From: an uncultured virus (IMG/VR IMGVR_UViG_3300042673_000573)
Taxonomy: Duplodnaviria; Heunggongvirae; Uroviricota; Caudoviricetes
Length of the DNA: 55,584 nucleotides
Direction: 5' to 3' (one strand)
IMG/VR virus record: IMGVR_UViG_3300042673_000573
Part shown: positions 28,298 through 37,414 of the stretch, one piece after another
Layout: each line of letters begins with the position of its first letter
How positions within the stretch are numbered: the first letter of the stretch is position 1
Notes under the pieces: generated by a model
What the model was told of the DNA's origin: nothing
Databases searched by the model: none
What the model saw: the letters and a program-made list of their open reading frames with translations, nothing else
Translations under genes and position numbers: made by a program

Positions 28298-30601
28298 CTA
28301 ATCTGTATTAGAAATATCATACCACTGCTTGCCATCATGTGTCAAGGCGTGTTCTGTAAAGTATATGTCGTATGGCTCACAGTTTATAGATATTACTTCA
28401 ACTGGGAACTCAAGCATTTCTAGTTCGGTTATTGATTCCCAGTTTCCAAGGTAGTCTCTAATTAAATCTGTTGAAATAACATCTCTTGACCATACAAACA
28501 ATATTTCTTCATTACGCTTAACCATTATTACGTGGTTAGGGCTAAATGCATCTCCGTTAATTCTGTATGTCTTGTCTGTTGTGTGTCTAGTCACACTATT
28601 AACAGTTGTTATAACATTTTCAAATATGACATCGTCAATTGTTGACCAAGTCAATAGTGAAGATGTTGTTGCATCTGTTTGAGAGATTTCACCTGAATTT
28701 ACAGATAATAGTTCATCTCCTACAACAATATCTTGTGCTTCCTTTAGGCTGCCATCAGCCATTCTAATTTTAGTCTTAGGTCCAAGAGAGTAGTATCCTG
28801 GGCCACGTGCTGGTGAGAATCCGAAGACAGAGAATGTTGGAGTAAAGGTAAAGGCTGCTGTTGGAGTAAAGGTAAAGGCTGCTGTTGGAGTAAATGAGAA
28901 TGCTGGTGCGGTTGGAGTAAATGAGAAGGCATTTGGATCTGTACAAGAAGCACCTGATGCTCCTCCATCTACACACTTAACGCCAACATCTGCTTGGTAG
29001 CATGGGCTTGCTGGGTTTGGAACATCCCCCTGTGCACATAAATGGAATCCAGAAAGAAGCGCTGGATATGTTGGGGCAACTGGAGTAAATGAGAATGTTG
29101 GAGTAAATGTGAATACAGGAGTAAATGAGAACGTATTTATAAGTTCTCCACAACATGAATATCCTACGCCTATTTGATATTCGTTTGGTCCTCCAAGATA
29201 GGTCCTTCCTAAATCTGCACATGTAGCGGTAGTATTTTTAGTTTGAACATTTGGAGACTGACAATTTGGCTTTGCAAGTGGTGTAAATGAAAAGACACTA
29301 AATGGCGTAAATGTAAATACTGAAAATGGCGTAAATGTAAATGCTACGGTACAAGCCTCGCTTTCTTCCCAAGGACTTGACCTTCCTGCTTGATAAAATG
29401 GTTCAAGGTAATCATTTACAGAACAATCTGAATAAATAATATTTACAGTTCTATTTTGAGCATATCTTTTTCTTATTGATCCAACACAGGTTCCCCAGTC
29501 GTCCCAATTATAAACATATGAGGTTCCAGCAGTACAAGTTACTACACAATCTCTTTGCTGTCTCCAAGGACTTGAATTTCCTACTACATAAAATTGTTGA
29601 GTTCCAGTGCTGATAGAACAGTCTGCATTAACTGTAGAATAATCTCTATCTGTTGCCCATCTAGACTGTGTTCCATTAGAGCATGTATCCCATTCTCCCC
29701 AATTATAAGTGTATGTTGTTGCTACCGTACATGTTGCAGCAACGTAATTCCACATAGTTAAATTTACATTTGTTCCTGAAGCAACTGCAGTTCCTGATGC
29801 TGGAGATTGACTTTCTACTTTGCCACTATTAGCAGCAGTGCTTGTAGTTGTTCCTGTTGTAACACTTCCAGAAACTAGTCCTGCTGTTTGAAGTGCAGTT
29901 TGTGCTGCAGCAGAAGTCATTCCTACAACATTTGGAACTGTTTTATCTAATACTACGGCTGGTGGGGCATTTGTTTTAACTGTACCCTGTCCTAATTGAG
30001 AAGATCCAGTTTGATTTGCTCCAGAATATACAAAAACAGTTATGTCGTGCATATTATCTGGAGTAAGACCAGTTGCGGTAACACTTGTTGCTGTTGTTCC
30101 ATATAAACTAAAACCTGGCTCGTTATCTGTAAATCTTGGAACAACCATTAAATGGAATGATACTTGTCCTGAAGATGTCCAACTAATTGTTGCAGTTGTT
30201 GTGCCAGTTGCAGTGCCCGATACGTTTGAAATACTTAGTGCTGGTGTGTATGGAGTAAAAGTAAACACACCAAATGGTACAAATGAAAACACTGAAAATG
30301 TAACTGGCGTGAATGAAAATGGTGTAACTGGTGTAAATGTAAATACACTAAACGGAGTAAAAGAAAATAGTCTATATGTAAAATCTATTGGGCTTTCATA
30401 ATCAACCAATGTTCCTGCTGGCGCTGCTTGGGTTATAACAGTGTTTGTCTTTGTATTATCTTCTTGAGTTACTGTAGATGCAGTTCCTACTATTAGACCA
30501 TTGCTTTGGATTAATTCTTCGGCTTCTGTTTTTGATATTTCAAGGATATTTGGTACTGAAACCATTCCTTTAGAAGCAGACCATTTGCTAATCCAACCCA
30601 T
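28298..30601 (-). CDS. PASTA, FN3, TSP1-like and Cys-rich modules with 16 FxFxP repeats and C-terminal Hint domain
   Basis: VPNVVGMT..AQTALQTAGL..VESQSPASG (PASTA x2); WGEWDTC and WDDWGTC; SLGPKTKIRMADG...FSPNH...LTHD. Confidence 0.8.
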   Translation of the reverse strand: MGWISKWSASKGMVSVPNILEISKTEAEELIQSNGLIVGTASTVTQEDNTKTNTVITQAAPAGTLVDYESPIDFTYRLFSFTPFSVFTFTPVTPFSFTPVTFSVFSFVPFGVFTFTPYTPALSISNVSGTATGTTTATISWTSSGQVSFHLMVVPRFTDNEPGFSLYGTTATSVTATGLTPDNMHDITVFVYSGANQTGSSQLGQGTVKTNAPPAVVLDKTVPNVVGMTSAAAQTALQTAGLVSGSVTTGTTTSTAANSGKVESQSPASGTAVASGTNVNLTMWNYVAATCTVATTYTYNWGEWDTCSNGTQSRWATDRDYSTVNADCSISTGTQQFYVVGNSSPWRQQRDCVVTCTAGTSYVYNWDDWGTCVGSIRKRYAQNRTVNIIYSDCSVNDYLEPFYQAGRSSPWEESEACTVAFTFTPFSVFTFTPFSVFSFTPLAKPNCQSPNVQTKNTTATCADLGRTYLGGPNEYQIGVGYSCCGELINTFSFTPVFTFTPTFSFTPVAPTYPALLSGFHLCAQGDVPNPASPCYQADVGVKCVDGGASGASCTDPNAFSFTPTAPAFSFTPTAAFTFTPTAAFTFTPTFSVFGFSPARGPGYYSLGPKTKIRMADGSLKEAQDIVVGDELLSVNSGEISQTDATTSSLLTWSTIDDVIFENVITTVNSVTRHTTDKTYRINGDAFSPNHVIMVKRNEEILFVWSRDVISTDLIRDYLGNWESITELEMLEFPVEVISINCEPYDIYFTEHALTHDGKQWYDISNTD

Positions 30602-30609
30602 GATTAGCC

Positions 30610-31239
30610 CTACGCTGTCAAATCGCCAATAAGGATCCAGGTATCGGTATCAGTTTTTACTAGTGACCCACCAGAATATCTTGCAGCAATTTTCTTGTTT
30701 AAATTTTTACTTAAAACAGTTACACCGCTAGACTCACTAATAAATACACCACCAGTACCGTACCTAATCAAGTCAACACGCTGGCCAATAACAAATGGCA
30801 CTGTTGCGTTTGTTGGAACTGTGATAATAACATTGTCATTTGAGGTAATTTTTAAAGTTTTGCCTACATCAGACAAACTAAGTGTTTTGCTTGCAGTAAT
30901 AGATGTTAAATAAACAGAATCAGAGTACTCTCTCCAAGAACCATTATAATAATATTGAATTTGGTTTATAATGTCTCCATTATCTGTTTGCTGAATAAAA
31001 CAAACAAGACCATTAATTGGGTTTACTATAACATCATTACGAGAAGACGGATTTAAAAAATTATTTACTCCACCTTTTGCACGTAGAACTGATTCATAGG
31101 TTGCTGAGTTTAAAAACTTATGAGTACCGCTCCAAATATAGTTTGCAGTTGTATTTGTGCTTCCAGTAACTGGATACCAAGCATCATCTTCTGAATCATA
31201 TAAGTAGGCTAATTTCCCCTCATCGCTAATTGTTGACAT
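30610..31239 (-). CDS. Fibre-type protein with C-terminal 'GDLTA' domain
   Basis: C-terminus homologous to that of 19439..21388 (ITVP.N..V.F.IG, YSGG.L.K.DT..WIL.GDLTA). Confidence 0.7.
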   Translation of the reverse strand: MSTISDEGKLAYLYDSEDDAWYPVTGSTNTTANYIWSGTHKFLNSATYESVLRAKGGVNNFLNPSSRNDVIVNPINGLVCFIQQTDNGDIINQIQYYYNGSWREYSDSVYLTSITASKTLSLSDVGKTLKITSNDNVIITVPTNATVPFVIGQRVDLIRYGTGGVFISESSGVTVLSKNLNKKIAARYSGGSLVKTDTDTWILIGDLTA

Positions 31240-31685
31240 TATACTCCTATCGGCTTCCATGCATTTGTTAATGAATCAAAAATATACATAGTTAATGGAA
31301 CAGAGTCTCTATCTACCCAAAGCGCTCCGTCTGTTACTGTATTTGTTGCTGGTGGGGTGTTAGTAAAAATTGCACTTGGAAAAACAACAGAGTTAGATGC
31401 GGAAGAATTTTTGTTCATCCATACATAGCCTTCTAGTGGAGAAGTTGGAGCAGTAGCAGTTACTGAAGAACCAATTCCTCTATTATTTATTGTTGTTATA
31501 TCATTTTTCATTTGTTGTAAATGATAGGCAATAGAATTTGATTGAATTTCTGCTGTTGAGGCTGGTGGGGTTGTTGTTCCATAAAGAAAAAGTCTTAATG
31601 CTGCGACAATGTCTGCAGCGTCACCATATGCTGGGATCTGGGTATTAAAGGGTCCGTTTAAGTTCGGATTTATATCTTGAGCCAT
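31239..31685 (-). CDS. Virion structural protein
   Basis: TAPTSPLEGYVW / TPP..GALWVD fibre-type motifs. Confidence 0.55.
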   Translation of the reverse strand: MAQDINPNLNGPFNTQIPAYGDAADIVAALRLFLYGTTTPPASTAEIQSNSIAYHLQQMKNDITTINNRGIGSSVTATAPTSPLEGYVWMNKNSSASNSVVFPSAIFTNTPPATNTVTDGALWVDRDSVPLTMYIFDSLTNAWKPIGV

Positions 31686-31706
31686 TTGTTAACCACCTCT
31701 AAAAAA

Positions 31707-32288
31707 TTATACCATACTAATAAACAAATGAACGGACAAATTGCCAACCAAATCGGACCATGCTCCATCCTGAAGGGATGCTCCATGAATAGTTATTGGT
31801 AATCCACGGGACGATCCGTTAGTAATTATATCTCCTACTAGCATAGAACTTGCTATTGGGGTTTGGCTGCCAGAAATATTATGCATTACGGCAAAATCTG
31901 AAGCCTGGACTGTAGTTATCATATCTTCTGGAACCACATCTATTAAATTTATTACAATTTCAACTTCTCCATCAACAAAAGTTCTTGACTCAACCTCTGA
32001 GTATTGATTTGTTGTCATTTTAAATATTTTTTCCCAAGTTTCATCTCCAGAGTCATTTATTCTCTGGTATAAAAATTGATAGTCTTCATGTGAAGGATTA
32101 ACATTTATACACAAATCAAAAACCTTAAAAGTTTGATTGCCACCTATAGAAACTAGATTTGGATCCCCTACAGAAGTAAATATTCTGCTTCCTCGTTCTC
32201 CATTTGGACCGACATCTAAATCTACGCTTATTGATTCTGGTCCGCCAAGAACTGTGATATCCTCTGTGTCAATCAATACATCTACCAT
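31707..32288 (-). CDS. Virion structural protein
   Basis: ORF in structural operon; GPNGERGS motif. Confidence 0.55.
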   Translation of the reverse strand: MVDVLIDTEDITVLGGPESISVDLDVGPNGERGSRIFTSVGDPNLVSIGGNQTFKVFDLCINVNPSHEDYQFLYQRINDSGDETWEKIFKMTTNQYSEVESRTFVDGEVEIVINLIDVVPEDMITTVQASDFAVMHNISGSQTPIASSMLVGDIITNGSSRGLPITIHGASLQDGAWSDLVGNLSVHLFISMV

Positions 32289-32708
32289 TTAAGACTCCAG
32301 ACTTGGGTTTGTTACATCTTCAACAACAGTTATAATACCAGTTAAAACTGTGATTACCTTATCGTATGGTTGAGGATCTGTGTTACCAGAACGTCCATCA
32401 ACTATTTGTATGTCGTAGACATACTGAACTGTAGAGTTTAGAAGATTTCCATCTCCTGGCCTAATTGCACATGTTAAATATGTGTTATCTGCAGATATTG
32501 AAGCATATGCTTTAACTACAGCAGGGTTTGACGCATAGTCAAGACCTCTGGTTGGCGCAATTGTAAATTTTGGTCCTTTTAATGTACCTGCATTATGTTC
32601 AAATTCAGAAAGGTTATAGGGTGTACCGTCAGACTTTTTTGGGTATACCCGAAATTCATAGGTATCACCTTTATAGTATGTAATGTTCATTGTGCCTGGG
32701 AATGCCAT
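32289..32708 (-). CDS. BppU-like Ig-domain protein, putative
   Basis: YKGDT..YVYDIQI..TVLTG.ITV.EDVT. Confidence 0.5.
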   Translation of the reverse strand: MAFPGTMNITYYKGDTYEFRVYPKKSDGTPYNLSEFEHNAGTLKGPKFTIAPTRGLDYASNPAVVKAYASISADNTYLTCAIRPGDGNLLNSTVQYVYDIQIVDGRSGNTDPQPYDKVITVLTGIITVVEDVTNPSLES

Positions 32709-32725
32709 GATTTTATTATACCATG

Positions 32726-33451
32726 TTACCTGACTGAAACTGCTATACTTTTTAACAATACTATTGCGTCCATATCGGTTCTAACCTGTGGACTAATTCC
32801 AGAAATCTTATCAGCATCTGAATTTAAAAATAGGGTTTGAGTGACAGAGAGGTCATACGAATATTGATATTTTAAAGATGCTACAAAAGATATAACTTCA
32901 GACTTGCTTTCAGGGAAAAATGATCTAACCCATACTTCTGTATTTGAAGAATATGTAGTGATTTCAAAATCATAAGTTATTTGTAGTTGGGTGCCAAGTT
33001 CTAATCCTTTAAGGTTAATTCTTTTTGTTTCTTTTCCATATAGACCCTGAGAATTTGATGGAAGATATTTTTCAACTGTTTCACGTGAAACATTTCCAAG
33101 AGTTAAGGATACCCAACCATCTTCTCCCTGAGACGCTCCAGTTTTTGTTGGTATCAGGTTATCAGATACGTACTTTGCCCAACCTGCTGGCTGATTGTAA
33201 TTTGGTAAAGAACTTTTTCCATCTTGTCCTTTTTGTCCAGTATCTCCCTTTTGTCCTTTTTGTCCATCTTGTCCAGGTTCACCTTTAGGGCCTTGAGGTC
33301 CAGTTTCTCCTTGAAGACCTCTTGGTCCTTGAGGGCCAGGAACTGGAATATATCCGACTGAGTTGTCCGTAACTATACTTTGCTGGTTTTCAACTTGAGA
33401 TGCGTATGCCGCTTTCTTGCTTATTGGAAAATCCATATTTTTAGAAACCAC
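32726..33451 (-). CDS. Collagen-like repeat protein
   Basis: 14 consecutive G-X-Y triplets (GPQGPRGLQGET...GQDGKS). Confidence 0.85.
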   Translation of the reverse strand: MVSKNMDFPISKKAAYASQVENQQSIVTDNSVGYIPVPGPQGPRGLQGETGPQGPKGEPGQDGQKGQKGDTGQKGQDGKSSLPNYNQPAGWAKYVSDNLIPTKTGASQGEDGWVSLTLGNVSRETVEKYLPSNSQGLYGKETKRINLKGLELGTQLQITYDFEITTYSSNTEVWVRSFFPESKSEVISFVASLKYQYSYDLSVTQTLFLNSDADKISGISPQVRTDMDAIVLLKSIAVSVR

Positions 33452-33466
33452 AAATCCTCCAGTAAA

Positions 33467-33568
33467 TTATTTTTTAACTTTAAAAACTTTTACATTTCCA
33501 TTTGTTGAAATTTTTATTGCTGACGGTAATTGAATGGGAGTTATATGGGATACTTTTATAATTGGCAT
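33467..33568 (-). CDS. Small protein (33 aa)
   Basis: MPIIKVSHITPIQLPSAIKISTNGNVKVFKVKK; TAATG coupling. Confidence 0.5.
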   Translation of the reverse strand: MPIIKVSHITPIQLPSAIKISTNGNVKVFKVKK

Positions 33569-33945
33569 TAGATGGTACCTGTAATATCGCCAATCACATT
33601 TATTGTTCCAATAACTGGAGTCCATACAGTATCGTCAATTTTAACTTGAAGATCAAAAATTAATTCAGAAACTATACTTTTATAGGTTGTTCCCCAATAA
33701 GATGTTATATCTGGAGAAGCGGTAACAACTACATATCCAGGATGTGAAGAAACTACTAAATCATCAATTATCTGAGTTTTTGGATCATAGGAACTTGCTT
33801 TAAAAATCCAGCCAGTAGTATCAAATAATGAGACTTCATCATTTTCTAAAAAGTCGATTCTTATAGTTGCAGTATCACCACGAACTACAGACCACTTGAT
33901 ATTTATCGGGTCATAGCCAAAAACTTCAGGTCCACAGATAGTCAT
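33568..33945 (-). CDS. BppU-like Ig-domain protein, putative
   Basis: WSVVRGDT, FDLQV, WTPVIGTI; paralog of 24449..24856. Confidence 0.5.
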   Translation of the reverse strand: MTICGPEVFGYDPINIKWSVVRGDTATIRIDFLENDEVSLFDTTGWIFKASSYDPKTQIIDDLVVSSHPGYVVVTASPDITSYWGTTYKSIVSELIFDLQVKIDDTVWTPVIGTINVIGDITGTI

Positions 33946-34210
33946 AATACTAGATTATACCATGAAAAATGACTAATACCATGATCGGTGGGTATAGGAC
34001 AAACCATGGTATTAGACTATAAAATTGTACCACAAAAAGGGACAATCTGGACATGATATTAAAGTTTACCAAACTGTTACAATTGGATATGTCCGTTTTG
34101 TTACTATAAGTCTATTTTAGCCATGTATTGGATAGTGTATACTAAATATATATAAGAAAAAAGAACTATCTTTATAGTTTTAAAAGATATCTTATATATA
34201 GTATATATAG

Positions 34211-34462
34211 TTACTTGGATTTTGCAATATACTCAATAAGAATATCATACATGTGATCTAATTTTCGATCCATATCTTTTCTTTTGGTATCTGCTTCGTT
34301 TAGACGACTCTCTAATCTTGAAACTTGATCTTTGATACTTGATCCTGAATTTGGTTTAAGTTCGCTTAAGTAATGTCTCACCAGCCACTTGATTGCAAAG
34401 GCTATAGATGATACAATTGTTAGAATGGCTACTATAAGGGAAGCCCAGTCTTGTACTGTCAT
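34211..34462 (-). CDS. Single-TM membrane protein (holin-like, putative)
   Basis: N-terminal TM then ELKPNSGSSIKD and a coiled coil. Confidence 0.55.
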   Translation of the reverse strand: MTVQDWASLIVAILTIVSSIAFAIKWLVRHYLSELKPNSGSSIKDQVSRLESRLNEADTKRKDMDRKLDHMYDILIEYIAKSK

Positions 34463-34494
34463 AATAAGATTATTATAAGGGGTGTATTTTAAAA

Positions 34495-35265
34495 ATGAAA
34501 ACACAGATACTTAAAACACTTGAGCATTCTAAGAATTTAATTATATCCCCTGACATGGATGGTTTTATGACCGCAAAATTATTGGAGCGTTTTAACGGTT
34601 CGAAAATAGTGGGTTCGTACGATAAAAATCTTTTATGTCTCGCCGACGGGATCTCCCCAGAGGAATGCTTATTTGTAGACTGTGACATGAATCGAGAAGG
34701 TTTTGTTTCACTCGGAAATCATATGCGTTTAATAGAGGATGCTATGTCTTCTAAGTCGTTCAATCCGAATGTACACTTCGGCGTGACGACATATAGCGAC
34801 AAGTTTCCTTACGCAACTGCGTTTTTAATTTCGTTCGCAACAGAGGTTCAAACCTCCGAATCTGACCTTATACGCATGGCCTTTGCTGATTCAACTCTAC
34901 GCAATATGGAAAAGTACAGCAACAACATGCGAAACTGGTCAACACGGATGGAACATCCTGCAATAAAGTACATAATAGACAATTCGGACATTGCACGGGA
35001 TAACGATAAGCAAGCAAGATTTGAATATGTTGATCAATCATTTACATCTAAGAGATACGGCAAGGAACGTTACCTCAATACCCTTAATACGGCCCTAGAA
35101 GCCCAGCAGATGAGTTTTGAGCCATTAGTCCAGGGTGTTAAGTATATGGCTGACAAAGTAGGCCGAAACACCTTGGTACGATATCAAAAAGATATAATCT
35201 CATATGCTGAAATATTTACAGATGAATATAGCGTGACATATGACCAGGAAATAGAGTGGAAATAA
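34495..35265 (+). CDS. DHH-superfamily-like phosphoesterase (putative)
   Basis: ISPDMDG (DxDG), FVDCD, LGNH motifs. Confidence 0.5.
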   Translation: MKTQILKTLEHSKNLIISPDMDGFMTAKLLERFNGSKIVGSYDKNLLCLADGISPEECLFVDCDMNREGFVSLGNHMRLIEDAMSSKSFNPNVHFGVTTYSDKFPYATAFLISFATEVQTSESDLIRMAFADSTLRNMEKYSNNMRNWSTRMEHPAIKYIIDNSDIARDNDKQARFEYVDQSFTSKRYGKERYLNTLNTALEAQQMSFEPLVQGVKYMADKVGRNTLVRYQKDIISYAEIFTDEYSVTYDQEIEWK

Positions 35266-35347
35266 GGTTTGACGGATATTTGCCAATACGCTATAATAGT
35301 TATACAACCGTTTTCGGTTTAACATGTTAACACCAGAGGAGAATACA

Positions 35348-35533
35348 ATGAAGGATACAGCAGTAGAAATTATGTCTGAGACTGTTGAACAGTTTAATAG
35401 ACAAATGGCAGCACAGCAAAATATGGATCCCGCCGAAATTGAAAAAATCATTAACGAGCAGTCTTATCAACTTCGTTATATGAATGGCATTATTTACGAT
35501 GCATTAAAAGATAACGGTCATATTACAGAATAA
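35348..35533 (+). CDS. Hypothetical protein
   Basis: GAGGAG RBS before ATG 35348. Confidence 0.65.
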   Translation: MKDTAVEIMSETVEQFNRQMAAQQNMDPAEIEKIINEQSYQLRYMNGIIYDALKDNGHITE

Positions 35534-36039
35534 TGACTGATGCCAAAAGTGAAGAAGACTTTTGTTTTCTATGCCCCGAAAATTCTAAAGAATGTAAAAT
35601 TTGGAACCACGTAGGGGTCACTTTTGGACAAAACGATACCAGATATCTATCTGTGTATATAGATCATGATTTTGAACAATACCAAACCTTAAACCTTGAC
35701 AATGAACATAATCCCATATACCAAAATGAAAAATACTATGTGCATGAAGAGTTGTTTCCAAATACACCTTTTGAATTAGTTTTTATTCCAAATAAACATT
35801 ATCGACAAACCAACGATATGTTAAATAGCCAAGAAGGACTTAGTACCTTTGCAGATATAGTGCAAACTATAAATGATCTTAGAGTGTATTTGGATATAGA
35901 TGAGATATCTATTCATTTTAATGATCGATCCCCGAATTTTATTGGACTTATGGAGCATCCTCATATACATATAGCCACTCATAGCAAATCTGAAAATTTA
36001 TATCAGAGAGCGAGAGACTTTTTTAATGAAAAACCATGA
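35533..36039 (+). CDS. HIT (histidine triad) family protein
   Basis: CFLC at N-terminus, IPNKH, HPHIHI triad. Confidence 0.7.
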   Translation: MTDAKSEEDFCFLCPENSKECKIWNHVGVTFGQNDTRYLSVYIDHDFEQYQTLNLDNEHNPIYQNEKYYVHEELFPNTPFELVFIPNKHYRQTNDMLNSQEGLSTFADIVQTINDLRVYLDIDEISIHFNDRSPNFIGLMEHPHIHIATHSKSENLYQRARDFFNEKP

Positions 36040-36199
36040 AAATAAAGAGTGGTTAGAAATCCAATATGTAGACCAGGAAAAATCTATTGATACATTAGCC
36101 AAGATGTGTAATGTAGATAGAAAAGTTATTATAAATGCTTTAAATGACTTCCAGATCTATAGAAAGTATAATACGGATAAACATCCTAAGCGTTGGTAG
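36026..36199 (+). CDS. Small helix-turn-helix protein
   Basis: 57 aa MKNHENKEWLEIQYVDQEKSIDTLAKMCNVDRKVIINAL...; not in the ORF track. Confidence 0.55.
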   Translation: MKNHENKEWLEIQYVDQEKSIDTLAKMCNVDRKVIINALNDFQIYRKYNTDKHPKRW

Positions 36200-36392
36200 G
36201 TCTTCCTAAGTCTTCCCAGAAAATTTCTCTACCCATGTTATCTGTTACTGGCATAGACTTAGATTCACATTCTGCACAGACAGTTTCTGAAAATATTTTT
36301 ACAGCAAGACTATCCATTTCTGGCTTATATAATGAACTTTCAAAATTAAATTCATCATCTAAGGCATTCTCCAAATTGTCTAAAATTCCCAT
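36186..36392 (-). CDS. Hypothetical protein
   Basis: ORF with TGGTAAAAT 5 nt upstream of ATG. Confidence 0.55.
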   Translation of the reverse strand: MGILDNLENALDDEFNFESSLYKPEMDSLAVKIFSETVCAECESKSMPVTDNMGREIFWEDLGRPTNA

Positions 36393-36461
36393 AGTTCATT
36401 TTACCATAAATCTGAAAATATTGTTCAGATGTATGATACGTGTTTATAAAAATAAAATGAC

Positions 36462-36494
36462 AAAAAAATAGTGCGCCCATAACAGACGCACTAA
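36462..36494 (-). terminator. Intrinsic terminator
   Basis: TAGTGCG...CGCACTA stem followed by a T run on the minus strand. Confidence 0.6.
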
Positions 36495-36508
36495 GATTTA
36501 TTTATTTG

Positions 36509-36697
36509 TCAAACCTTTTTAGCCTTACCTTGTATCCAACCTGAGTGGATACCAGCAAGTGGTGCGTCTATATTGATAGCCGTACCTATTGGTAGCACTT
36601 CCGCATAGCGGTCAATGAAGGATAGTACATTCTCCTTGTTAGGAAATTCCATCTTCTTAGTAGTACCTGTAACGCTTGTTAGTGTTGCTGTTATCAT
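36509..36697 (-). CDS. Small hypothetical protein (paralog of 37414..37590)
   Basis: AGGAGG RBS; MITATLTS..G.TKKM.F. Confidence 0.7.
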   Translation of the reverse strand: MITATLTSVTGTTKKMEFPNKENVLSFIDRYAEVLPIGTAINIDAPLAGIHSGWIQGKAKKV

Positions 36698-37234
36698 TTA
36701 TTTACCTCCTAATATAAAACATAGTGCTATTGCTATAACTACTCCGATAAACGCTCCTATTGGTGCGTAATCAGCGTTCTCATCTAACCAATCAATCATA
36801 TATGTAAATGGGTTCATCTTAGTATGTATCCTCTACGCCTAATTCATAGGCTTTGTTTAGTAGTTCAATAAGGGCTGGTGTTACATCAAATCCGTTAGCA
36901 GTAATCATCTCTGCGAGAGTGTCCTTTGGGTACATCATTTGTTTATCCTTTGTTTGTTGTTATATGGCAAGTATAGCAGGATAGACTGACAAAAGCAACT
37001 CGACACGCCGTATATAGGGCCTATGTCTATGTGATATACACCACATCGATCCCCTAGAAAAAGTTATCCACAGGGTGATGTGTATAAGTAATGTGATGTA
37101 CCTCATATGTGACTAATCTCACAATGTCCGATTTACCCTATTTATACCCCTCAAAATGTCAGACCCCCCTGCTACAATTACAGTATAAAGAAAAACAAGA
37201 GGTAAAGAAATCCTCTAAAGAAAGGTGGTCTAAA

Positions 37235-37414
37235 ATGACTACACTAACAATAACAAAATGCGTTGAGCATAACCCTATGAAATCTGCTATCTCCGAAATT
37301 GGTGATGAGCAATTTACTTTCTGCCAAGATTGTGAAAATAACATTGAGCGTTGGTATAACGATACCGACCCTGAGCGTCTGCCTATGTGGACAGATTGGA
37401 AGGTGTCTAAGTAA
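37235..37414 (+). CDS. Small Cys-containing hypothetical protein
   Basis: AGAAAGGTGG RBS; C.EH..FCQDC. Confidence 0.65.
   Translation: MTTLTITKCVEHNPMKSAISEIGDEQFTFCQDCENNIERWYNDTDPERLPMWTDWKVSK

Noticed and set aside
18318..28822. Diversity-generating retroelement (Mtd-like N-terminus plus a duplicated segment)
   Set aside because: No reverse transcriptase in the window, the 53-nt copies are identical rather than differing at adenines, and the Mtd-type N-terminus is a generic fibre anchor.
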